From Camelus dromedarius (taxonomy: Eukaryota), in the NCBI RefSeq assembly GCF_036321535.1, contig NC_087437.1:77314001-77378000 (forward strand): a stretch of 64,000 nucleotides of DNA. The letters are read 5' to 3'. A model generated the notes under the pieces. It did not search any database. It saw only the letters and a program-made list of their open reading frames with translations, and was not told where the DNA came from. This document shows, piece after piece, positions 52,461-64,000 of the stretch. Each line of letters starts with the position of its first letter. Within the stretch, counting starts at the first letter, position 1. Made by a program: the position numbers and the translations under genes.

Positions 52461-53379
52461 AGAAAATGTAGATCACAGAGGACCAACAGAGTAACTTGAA
52501 GATTAATTCCACTAGCGATAATAAAAATAGCTCCTACCCAATCTGATATCCAGCCAGCACCAGCCAGTAATCCCATTCCCATCGTTTACAGACCACTACC
52601 TGTTCTCTCTTGCTGGTGCATCTGCTCTGACTCACAGGGCCCGAGACATAGAGATGGTTAGATACTTATCTTGAGCCACCATGGACTGAAAATCATTATA
52701 TTTAAGAAGGATCCAACGATGAATTCTGAGGATGAACAATCAGTGAAATAATAGGAGGAGAGTGTTTTAAGAAAGTGTCAAATATATGTCCCAATTGGGG
52801 AATTCTTGGTAACAAAAGCAGTTTCAATAGAGACGTGAGGAGATTGGCACCAGATGGTTCAGTCATGTGCCAGAGTTTGTGGTGAAATGGAGGAAGCAAA
52901 AAGCATATTACTTTTCTCACAAGCTGGTTAGGGGAAGCAAAGAAAACAATGATATATCAATTGGGATTTTCTTAGTTACCAGTGAAAGGAAACATGGATT
53001 CAAAACATGTTAAACAACAACCGAAGAAAAAAATGGAGGTTGGGCTGAGGAGTGGTAATTGAACATCGCTGGCTCATAAATACACTTCAGGCAAGGCTAG
53101 ATCCAGAGACTTGTAATGATGCGGTCAGGTTCCAGTTTTGCCTTTTCCATACAGATCCCGGGGCTATATCTTACCTAGATTCCATGCAGAAGAAAAAGTG
53201 GAATCAGTTTCTCAGAATTTCTGTAATTTTCCTTTTTAAATCAGGTGCCCAGGGTTGAGTCAGTTGCTTTTTTCAGTTCATGACACATCAACTTGCAATT
53301 GGCCCTTGCATGGCATCTTGCTTTGAGTATGTATTTATGTATTTATATATGGATTTCTATCACTAGGTACCAATCCCAT

Positions 53380-53800
53380 TCTGCTTTCCCAGTGAAAACC
53401 ATTCAATTTTCCCTTTTTATTTGATTGTGTATTTGTGAAATGTGTACTATTTTGTGTAAATGTGTGTTAACTTACTGAAATGGAGATTATATATCCTACT
53501 TTCTCACTAAGTACTATTTTTAAGTTCCAATTATGTTACTCTTGTACCTCGAATCTATTGATTCTGTTTGCTATAGAATTCCCCATAGTGTGCAGCTACC
53601 GTATTTCCCTTATCTCTCTCAATGATAGACTTCCAGGCTTCCTCCAAATCCTTATGCTACAAACAGTGTATTTACTGACAAATATGATGGGCCTCTGCAA
53701 TGCACCAGGCACTGTTTCAGGCACATGAGAGACATCAGTGAATAATACAGACACTGCTACAATAAACATCTTTATCCATGGCCCCTTGTAAATCTGTGAG
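53380..53800 (-). mobile_element. Ancient L1ME-like 3' fragment
   Basis: Decayed antisense L1 3' UTR texture ('gctatagaattccccatagtgtg', 'gctacaaacagtg'). Confidence 0.45.
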
Positions 53801-53809
53801 AAATTTTCC

Positions 53810-53846
<37 letters not shown>

Positions 53847-53850
53847 CACA
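53810..53850. repeat. (TG)n(GA)13 compound microsatellite
   Basis: Seen directly. Confidence 0.95.
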
Positions 53851-54069
53851 GCCCAGCAAGATGCTTTATGCATTGGATTTTATTTGGCCATATCCCATCC
53901 ATGTACCAATCACTGTGTTAGGGGAATATGATGGACTAATTAGCTTAAGCTGGCTAAATGCTCACCCCCTAAACCAGTGGGAGAGGGCAGTTGTACATAG
54001 CACTGAAAGCAAATAGATGAATGAATGCTGAGTAGAAAACACAACCAATGTCCTCTACATATGGGAAGA

Positions 54070-54280
54070 CAACTTGGAGGGGAACCTCCCACCCATGTGC
54101 CCAAGAGATCTGAATACTTCATGATGAGGAAAAGTATTTTAATATCAAATTAAACAAACCAAAACATAGTTTTTCATTCAGCATATCTGGGTAGCACCAA
54201 AGTTTTGCATTTCTGTCAAGCTCCCAGATGGTGTTGATGCTGCTGGTAATGGCACCACATTCTATGAACCACCACTCTAG
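54070..54280 (+). mobile_element. MER5A-like hAT MITE
   Basis: 'tttgcatttctgtcaagctcccagatggtgttgatgctgctgg...caccacattctatgaaccac' matches the MER5A 3' half. Confidence 0.65.
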
Positions 54281-56429
54281 TCTAAAGGTTAAAAGAAATT
54301 GTGATCCTCCACCAGTGCTGTGAGGTTTAAAGGAAATAATATATATTAAAATGTTTGGTAATCTTAAACATGCAAATTTTTAACTGTTGGCTGTTACTAT
54401 TTCATTTGTTATGTTTATCTCAAGGTGAATAATTACATTAATCTTTGATGAGGCTTCAAGAAAAATAGAAAGGATGGAATGTAAGTCTAACTAGTCTAAA
54501 TATTAACTTCACGGATATCACAAATTTTCTAATGATCTCTAGGTTTTTGCTAATGACTGCTGTTGATTCTTACTAGAATTCCCAGAAAGGCTATGTAATC
54601 ATATATTTCACTGTGTGAGAAGGTCAGGTCAGAAAGCTCACTCTTTGAAATATAACCTAATAAAATCAATGTAAAATGGATAGGTTCAGCCATCTAAACA
54701 ATGGTATCTGAAAGGGATATTAAGGAGACTCAGGAAGCTTTTTGCAAAACCAGCAAGTCATCTCTTGTGTCTAATAAAAAAAAAAAATGAGTGCCTCAAT
54801 CTAATTAAGGTGACCAGAATATATTCTCAAGGCTACAATTTAGCCATGGAAGAAGGAGGCTGTGTTGTTACCTGCTTAATATGATGGTGAGTTAAAGTAG
54901 GGAGGTGACCTCCTAAAGAACACAAAAATAAATAATTGAACAGTAATAATGTTCTGGTGTATATCCAGCACTGTCCAGAGAAGGGGGCTAATGTATCTGG
55001 TGGACACAAGACACTAGAGGGGATGTTTAATAAATAACAAGGAGAACATTGGGGTCAACTTTAGTTTTTAGCAAATAGCTGGTAAGACCATGAATGAATT
55101 GTTTTTTTGAATTAAACTATATTCTAGTTAGTTTTTTTTTAATCTTCTGGGTACCCTCAGAGAGAAAGGCAGTAACCTTTCCTTTAAGCATTGAGGTTTT
55201 CTAACATTGCAAAAATTTAAACTTATTTTCCTCTTTCCTTTTCTGCTAGAAGCTAGATCTTTATTACATTGACTCACAGGAGGTATTTGGTAACATTTAG
55301 GCCCTTAAAAGATAATTCAAAGGTTGGGAAGGGAGATTCTTGGGAGTCAAAAATATGTCTTAGGGAAGCAAGGGGTGATGTGGATCTTAACCTCTCTCAT
55401 CATCTCTAGAAAGAGTCTCCTGGCCTAGAATCTCTGAACCAAATGTCATCACACAGATGGAGAGTTTGGAGAATGAAAGTTCCTTTCCAAGAGCTGTTCA
55501 GTTTGGAGTGAACTCACGTGTTTGTGTTTCTGGGATGGCAGCGTTAAGGGCCACTCCCTATGCCCTATGCCCTGATGACCACACCAGGTGTATCACTGCC
55601 TTAAGAGTCCCTGTCTTAGCAGCTCAGTGACCCTCTTCCTTTCACATCATTCTTTTTAAATTCAGCAGTTTAGTGCATTCTCTCTCTTTTTTTAAACTTT
55701 TAATATTTTAGAGGCATTATACCTCCCAGTTGGGTGATCAAAATATACTTGGGTTTTGAAAAGCATAAATATTACAAATATGATGGTTAATCTCTGGCTA
55801 CAAATAAAACTGTTCCATCAAATGTGAATATGTTAATGATATTAATTCAGAACATCCATCATAATGCATTTTATATTGATGTAGTAATATACAAAAAAGA
55901 GTAGTAAACTACATTCAATTTCCTACACATTAATTATGAGGCATTACTAGGCAAATCATCATGATAAATCTCTGCATTTGGGGGCTATCTAGTTAAGCAC
56001 CCAATTTTTGAGAAATATGTTAGTGTCAAACATAGCTCCATAATTAATTATAAGACTTCTATGGTGTCAGAGTGATTAGACTTATTTTGTTTGGCTCCAA
56101 AGGGCAGAGTTGGGGCCCCAGTGAGTAGAACTATAAAGAATACATTTTTTTAAAATTTATTAGAGTGACATTTCTAAGAAACATATCTGTTGAAAAAACA
56201 GAATGGCTTTACCCAAAGCTGAAAATCTTCATGCACTGATTACGATCACTTACATACAAGTGACATTGAGGACATTTGACTATCACATAAGGAGTAGACC
56301 AAATGACCTCTGAGATCCAACCCCATTTGGAATTTATGAGTCTAAAAATATGGTCTAAGGGGTTTCTAATAGTCCGGCTCCATTTAGTCTTAAAATTCAA
56401 AAATCTAAATAAGACTATAAACACTATAC

Positions 56430-56590
56430 TCTGAATACAAATTCACTCCCTGGTAATGGTCCTTTTTCCTCTTTATATTCTCCCATAAGACTATGAGAAA
56501 CCCCAAGGCACAGCAAATGCCTTGCTTATCTCTGAATTCACATCACAGTGCCTGACACATTGTTAGCACTCAATTATTGCTGTTAAATGG
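56430..56590 (+). mobile_element. L2 3' end
   Basis: 'ataagactatgagaaaccccaaggc...cacagtgcctgacacattgttagcactcaatta'. Confidence 0.6.
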
Positions 56591-59500
56591 GGATAATATT
56601 TCGAGATACTGGCATTTTTTATCAATGTATTTCTTCTTTTTTCATCCCGCCATTCACCTAGAAAGGATCTCCATTATATTGACTCTTGAGAAGGTATATG
56701 CTACATCTAAACCCTTAGAAAAATATTTTAATGACTGTGAAGGAAGTAAAGAGGAAAAATGGAATTCTTGGGAATAGATTTCCTGGAGAAGGAAGGGGTA
56801 GATCATCATTTCTCCCATCATTTCTAGAAACAAATTGCTTTGGGCTATGATTCTCTGAAACTCAAGACGATGTCCTGTCCCCTGGTCATGGAACTGGCAG
56901 TCAGAATCAGCAAGGTGGGTAAGCAGACAGGCCCAGGGCCAGATCTATCAGTGACTCCATCCCTCTCATCCTTAACCCCTGAGCTCTAGCCTCCTCAGCC
57001 TTCTTTCAGTTTCTCAACAGGGCTACCATCTTCCTGTCTCAGCGACTTCCCACTTGGACTGGCATCCTCCCTCTCTTCTTGCTTCCTCTCTCCTCTGGAG
57101 GTGGAAGTAGCTAAGAATCTCTTGATCTGAAAGAGTCAGGCAGACAGGAACAGCAACTCATGCATACAGGACAACTGACACAGAGTAACCCTCAGTGTGA
57201 ACTATCAGAAGCCAAGAATAAGGCCTCAAAAACTGGGTCATGGCCCAGTCCTGGGGAAGAGAAAGTCGTAAGAGGAATTAAGGTTAACATTTTCCAAAAG
57301 CCCATTGAAATTTGAAGTCAGAAATTAAATGCTTATAGAAAATAAAGGAATTCCTCTTTCTTATACCCAAGTTATGTACTGAGATTCATGCCAACCACTA
57401 ATGAATGAAAAGAACCTGTCAGATTAGATCAGCAGATACTGAAAGTTGTAAGACTTATATTCATTCAGTTTTTAATGTTTCCACTGAGCATTTGTGCTAT
57501 TTTTTCTTACTCACTAAAGCTCCACAATGTCATAGTCTCTGCTACTGAATTCTGTTTTAATTAGTAACAGCACAATGTAACTCATATTGTGAGAAACTCA
57601 TAAGAATGTAGTTTATAAAGTGTGTGCCCCCCTCACCCCACTGATAATAAAATACAATCAAAGAAGAATTTTTTTTTTCTTTAAAAGCACTCAGAATCAG
57701 TTTAACATGGAGTGGACTATTTAAACTTTCTTAAAGAAGCTTAAATGCCAAGTTTCTGTCTTGAAAATGCAGTATAACAATGGCTTCTCAATCCTCCAGT
57801 GAATACTTGTTTAAATGTTCTTTAAGTTGAAATTTTCTCTGTGTTTGACTTAAATATTCCCTACTTCAGTTCATGACCATTATATCCTATTCCTTTCCCC
57901 TTGTCAGGAAGAAATAATGGCTCCCTGGCCCCTATTTAATATCCTTTTATGTCATTATACACCATGGTTTTATCTTCCCTCTCTCATTGTCAGGTCAATG
58001 GTGCTAACATCCCTTAACCTTGACTTGCTCTGATTTCCCAGGCTTTTCTGCTGGGTAACGTGTGAACTCTGTCAGCGTCATTCATTTTCACCTCAAGTGT
58101 ACATCTATTTGAGCCTGCAGAGGCTGCTGGGATCTTACTAGAGATTAAAATTGAAGGAGTGCTATTAATCCCAAGGCACTTCTGTATTTTAAAATCGGTT
58201 TGAAATGATCAACCTTATTGAGTGCTTTCATGAGGTTTCCAGAGCCATTTGAATTAAAAGCATCTTGCTTCACAGTATTATAGAAAGTCACTGTTGAACT
58301 TGAAGATTGCTGAGGGCTGTGGAATACTTGACTGCTTTGATCATGTTACTCCCTTGCCCAGAGTTCTTTCCCTTCCCTAAGAATTAAAGCCCAAGTTCAA
58401 ACCCAGGGACTGAAGGCCAAGTTCCGATACTTCTCTTCAGTTTTACTGCATACTACTCCTTGTAAAGTAGCCTTCACTTTGGTCTCACTGGACTACTCAG
58501 TATATACTTGTGCCAAGTTCTATCTATACATTAATATTTAGTACATAACCTACTCAACACACTCGTTTAATCTTATTTAGTGTCATATAATTCCACGTGC
58601 TAAATTGGTGTATTTGTTACCCTCTTAGTAAAATCGCAATGCTTGGGATAAGGGGCACCTACCTCCTTTGCTGAACTCTTTAAAAGTGAGCATTCTGAAG
58701 CTATTTTAGATATTTTCAAATTGGTACCAAGAAAGGATAAAACACCTGATGCGAATATGCATATTCTCAGCCCAAATGAGTAGCCCCATTCCACATAAGT
58801 ATCTCTTACTCTTCTGATTAAAGTCTTTGCAGTCAGTGTATTATAGGTGAATTTCCAGAAGGTACTTTATCTCTGGGCCTACCACATACATCCATATAAG
58901 GGAAATAAAAAATGAAATGAGGGCCACCGATAGGAGAGAAGGAAGGAGCATGCTTTTCTCTTCCTACCAATCCGTTGACATTTCTAGTGCTGTGAGGGTC
59001 TTTCTTAAGGATCACCCAAGACCTAAAAGTGTGGTTAACTCTACATTAAAATGCCATTACTAATATCAAATAACTAGGCCCACTTATTATCATGTCCCCA
59101 AGCAAAGAAAATGTCTAAAAGGGAATATATTTCAATGAACCAGTATATTTCACAATAATTTGGGCCAATTGTGCTCATTCAGGAGATATTCCAGATGTAC
59201 AGGGGCCAGAAAACTCAGCCTTATATGAAATAATAGCATAGACCATCTGGGACACACATTCAATGTGGATTTTTGTATGAGGTAGGAAATAAGAGAGGAG
59301 CGACTTCTGCATTTCGGGGATTTCAGTTTTCAGTTGGGTAAAGGTCAGAGCCCTCAGTGGAAAATCCCTGCTAATGCCTAGAATGGTTCCAACCAATTTA
59401 TTTTGGCATCAAATGGAATCAAATTTGTTTTTAAGTCATGGAGAGAGTTGACAGAGTCTTTTTTAATGTTTAGTGTTTTTAATGTTTTCATTTTTTAATG

Positions 59501-60899
59501 TTTAATTTATTATTTAAAGTATTTTTATATACGAGCTCTCTCAGTAGGCTTAAAAGTTGTTATTTAAGAAATAGGCTGTATTTCACATTTTAAATGAATT
59601 GTCTGTCTTTAATGGTTACTAAGATACTGTATGTGATTATAGCTTAATGACTAATGATAAAATTATAAGACAGCATTTTTAGATAATGGCCGTACTGAAA
59701 TCTATCAATCTCAATGATTTATAATTTTAAAAGCAATTAATTTTCATGTTTTGCTATAGAATTACATGTCTGGTCAAACATCTAAGGACTTGAAATTATG
59801 TTATCAACAACTTTTATTTTTAAATAGTGAATGCCAGATCTCCCTAGCCATCATGAATGGTCAGTAAAGTTACACAAATCATGAGAGACAAGAATAGAAC
59901 ATAGTATTGGACAATTTTTCAGAAGATTTTGGGAACTTTTTAAAACCCTCTTGGCAAAATTAAGGAAGATAATGTCTGGGGATATATTTAAAAACCAACC
60001 TAAACAATATGTAGTAATATGAGAAGAAATACTGATTTACGAATATGTGTTTTTTTCAAAATCTGTTTTTCACAGATCTCAACTATTCCATCAAAGAGAT
60101 CTATCATATATGATGCCTGGAGTTTTAAATAACTTAAAACGTGTAAATGTATATAAGCCACATATATATCATTGACATAACTAAAATGCAAGCAGTAAAT
60201 TTATAGATGAACCCTCATAACCCAGGTGTATTAGTAATTTTTTTTTCAAGTGCAAAGGGAGATAAAATGGAAACTAATATAGAGAACAGAGATTTTCCAT
60301 GAAAAAATATATGGACATGAAAAGAACAGACATTTCTAGCAGTTTGTATTTAAAATTACTGACTTTTATGAAACGTTTATCAGATAAAAATGGTACATTT
60401 TCAGGTAGAAAGAGGTGTATAAATGCACCTCAAATGTCTGCCTTGCTTTACTATTTCACAAAGCCTTTTTAAATAGAAAAATTGTTAAGAACATAAATCT
60501 CTAGATTACTAGTAGTTCCATTTTTTATCCTTGTCACTTCTCTTCCTGCAAAATCTTTTTCTTGCATAAAAAGCTTTATAATGTATAGGGAAAAAACAAA
60601 AGAGAAGGGTACAGAGAATAAGGAATAGAATGAGAAGCTGTTCACAGGTATTAAGTGAAATAAATGGATAATTAGCCATTTAATTCTAACTGAATATCTC
60701 TTATTTAGAACTGCACCAAAGCCAATTGTAGATGTTAAAGATGTAAAATACACTGTCCCAGCTGTCAAGGAGTTGTTTATTCGAAAATACTGATTATTAT
60801 AATTATGGATTGGTCATGTCTAAATGCCAGGCCCAATATTAGCCTCTGAAGATTCATGTCTAAAAGGCACTGATCCACTCTCGAGAAGCTTAATGCTCA

Positions 60900-62640
60900 G
60901 GAGAGAAATGAAGTGCTGGGAGCCAGACACAAAAGAGTGAAAGTGTCTGGGGCAGAAGTTAGCACTGTGATGATCTGGTGGCAGAGTCACATCAGAATGT
61001 GAGTGCTGTGGGGTAGGGGGAGTTCAAGACCCAGTACGTGGACAGTCAGTGAAAGCCCCCTGATGGGATGGACACCTGGGCTGAGTGTAGAAGATGGTAC
61101 TGATCAGCCAGTGAAGGTAGCAGGAGCATCCTGGCACAGAGAATAGTTAGTGCAAAGGTGCCAAAGTTAGAGGAAACATGATATAGTTCAGAACTGACAC
61201 ACTGATATGCATGGCTGGGCTTGAGAGTGAGAAGTAGGGAATGACGAGAGATGAGATTTATGCATCAGTGTATTTATTTGTTCGTTCAATAAATGTATAT
61301 TGAAAAGCACCCTCACTAATGCTGAGGATACAGGGTGAACCAGAAAGTCTCTGACTTTATAAAGTTTAAATACCTCAGGTCAAATAAAATTCAGATAAGT
61401 CCTAATTACAGAAATCAATAACTGTTTATAATAATGATGACAAATGCAACAAAAGAGAAGGACAAGATATTTTAAAGGTAGCTAATTAGGAGAGGTGGCT
61501 AAACAAGTCTGGAATTTCAAAAAGGGTTATTAATCTAGAATGAGCAGGAGTTAGAGCGGAAGCAAGGGGGACGGATTCAACATTCCATGCAAAGTCGTAT
61601 GGGCTATACTAAGGCTTCGGCATAATTCTAAGAGCAACTTAGAAGTCACAGAAGGATTTTTAACTAAAGAAATGCCATGTTACAATTTGCAATTTCTGAA
61701 AGATCCCTTGGCCAGTGTGTGGTGAATACACTGTAGTTTAACAAAGGTGGATATATGGGACTCCACAGAAGGCTCTGTCAGTAAGTCAGGCAATAACCTT
61801 ATCCTAGGAAGGTTGCCATAGAGTTGGCAATAAGCGGAAAGATTTTTAAAATATTTAGGAGGATGAATCAACAATTCTCAGAGGTTGATTAGATCTGAAG
61901 GGTGAGAAAGATGGAACTGTTTAGTATTTATTCTCAGATTTACCTTCATTGAATAGGTCATTCATTATTTACTGAAATAGGGATCACTAGAGATAAAGAG
62001 GACTGGGAGGGAAAGCAATGACAGTGTTGGATGTATCCAGTTGAGCTGCCTATAAGACGTCCAAGTAAGAATGTTGAGTAGGCTGTTTGGATGTGTGGGC
62101 CAGGAACTCAAAAAAGATTTTGTCTTAAAGAAATGAATCTGGGTGTATTAAAGGATAAATGACAGTAAGTTTATGAAAAGGAATGGATTGAATCACCCTG
62201 GAGAAAAAAATGTTGGCTAGAAAGAGAAGAGAGCCTTGAGAATTTTCAGCACATCAAGTAAGAGAAGATTAGTTGGAAAAAGAGATAGACAAGGAACTAG
62301 CCAGGTATATGGAAATCCAGGCTAAAGTGCTGCCATGGAAGCCAGTCAGGTAATGTTTCAGAAAGGGTGCAGTGATTTACTGAATCTGATAAGAGGGCTA
62401 ATAAGATAAGAACTAAAAAGGTTCTGCTAGACTTACTAAGACGGCAATTATACTTTGTCAAGTATAATTCCTTGTTCCAGGCTGTTCCAGTTGTGTCTTA
62501 AATATGGAAATCTATTTGGAATATGAAGTTGTGTGAGAGATGAGAAAGTGAAGATGAGGAGAAAGAAAACTATTTTGAGAAGTTTGATCCTCAAGAGCAG
62601 AACAGGGACCCAACAGCAGGTAGAGAAAATACAGAATCAA
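60900..62640 (-). mobile_element. L2 remnants (at least two pieces, one starting ~61270)
   Basis: 'tttatttgttcgttcaataaatgtatattg', 'gaaagatcccttggccagtgtgtgg', 'gttgagctgcctataagacgtccaagt'. Confidence 0.65.
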
Positions 62641-63404
62641 GAAAAACGTGTGGAGAGAAGCAGAGGTCATATTAGAGTTTTACATACCATGCTAAAAAAA
62701 TAGCGACTTTTATCCTGAAATGGAGAAGTAAATTTAATGGGGCCATCAAACATTTCTCCCAGACTTCTTGGCTTGCAAAACTAGCTGTACTCTTCACTGA
62801 GGGAATAAAGAAGAAAAATAGACTTGAAGACTTTAGGTGCTCCTATTGAGTTTAACATGTCTACAGGACTTCCAAGTGGTTTTGTCCAGTAGCTGATACA
62901 TTTGTAAGCTTTTCAGAAGAATCATCTGAGTAATCTAGTTGGGGAGAGCAAACAAGAAGAAAATAAGTACTATATGCAAAACTGAGTTTGCATGGAGGCT
63001 AAGTCTCTAAGGAGTTCAAAGAAGGAAAAGCTTATCATTAACCAGAAATGTAGAAACTATCCTTACTTAAGAGGTGAGATTTTAGTCACCTTTGTAGGAT
63101 AGGTAAAGTTGTTATAAAGGAGGAAGAAAAATGGGAAGAGTAGAGAGTGTTACAAAAAGTCAGAGCAACATGTATGAAGGCATGGAGGAAGAAATATGCA
63201 TGGCTGATAGGAAAGAAAGGAGATCAAGTTGAAAAGATTTTTTCCTGAATCAACCTGAGTTCAAGTCTACCATCAATCAATCCAGCAATACATTAGGGCT
63301 AAAAAATGGAAAATTTGGGAGGGGAGATGAGTGGGACATCTGGTAGTGAGTCATATTTTTACCATGTAATTATATTGTAACTGAAGGGAAAAAAGGTGAT
63401 TTCT

Positions 63405-63560
63405 AACAAAATGTCTTTCCCTTCTGCCATGATTAATGGTTTTCAAAGTGCCTTCATACTTGTTACTTCATTTTATCCTTTTATCAACCTTGAGTTTTAA
63501 AGATGTTTAGTGATTGCCTAAAATTATAAGCTGGTAAGTGACCAGCAGCTAATTTCTTCT
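63405..63560 (-). mobile_element. MIR fragment
   Basis: 'ttttcaaagtgccttcatac...cattttatcc...tagtgattgcctaaaattata'. Confidence 0.45.
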
Positions 63561-64000
63561 ACTTCTCATTATGAACCATTTTCACAACGTAACTGTACTG
63601 TGGCCACATTGGTCCTTTATGTAGCATAAGCATGTAATTTGTCCAATATGAATAGTTACTCATTTTTTTATGCTTTTGTTTGTTTTTCCTAAAACTAAAT
63701 GCTTCAGTTACTCTAATGGAGAGAATGATACACATTTTTCAAAGTCCTTAGCAACTTCCACAAAGGAATCAGTGATGGCTGTAATATCCAGCTTATCTGT
63801 AGTCTCCTTATCAGCTTAAATAAGATTGATATCCTTGAAGAGGTAATGCTATATTTAAATGCTTTCCACTGCTATGAACATGTACAAATCCATGTGTGAC
63901 TGCAGATGGTAGCCTGCATTCAGAAGTACCTGTAGCTGGGGTTTCTATGGAAATAGAGAAATTTACCATTTAAAAAAATGTAGTTACAGAGGTATATGGA

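Noticed and set aside
1-64000. CRISPR arrays, operons, tRNA/rRNA/snRNA genes, non-retroviral endogenous viral elements
   Set aside because: The DNA is mammalian and I recognised none of these by eye. A tRNAscan/Infernal run and a tBLASTn against viral proteins would be needed to exclude faint ones.

Overview
AT-rich, CpG-depleted eutherian genomic DNA, intergenic or deep intronic. It is probably camelid or another cetartiodactyl: two young-looking L1 3' ends resemble camelid-type L1, and I saw no Alu, Bov-tA/BovB, PRE-1, CHR-2 or SINEC. Much of the window is decayed transposons: L1 of several ages, L2, L3/CR1, MIR, MLT1/MLT2, MER34-like and MER89 LTRs, an ERVL-type internal remnant, and hAT MITEs. 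I found no recognisable protein-coding gene, RNA gene or CRISPR array; most ORF-track entries are repeat-derived or chance. Repeat family names come from my recollection of consensus sequences and need RepeatMasker/Dfam confirmation; repeat boundaries are approximate. The best observations are: (1) a 188-bp segment duplicated 1,861 bp away and pasted into the middle of a hAT MITE; (2) a ~630-bp fold-back palindrome made of an L1MB 3' end; (3) a ~230-bp palindromic MITE-like element built from a GACATTTGGTCCA-type motif; (4) a homotypic ATAAATCA (PBX-HOX-like) cluster next to GTGAC/E-box motifs; (5) a few candidate orphan exons. I cannot support a claim of a new biological system from sequence alone.
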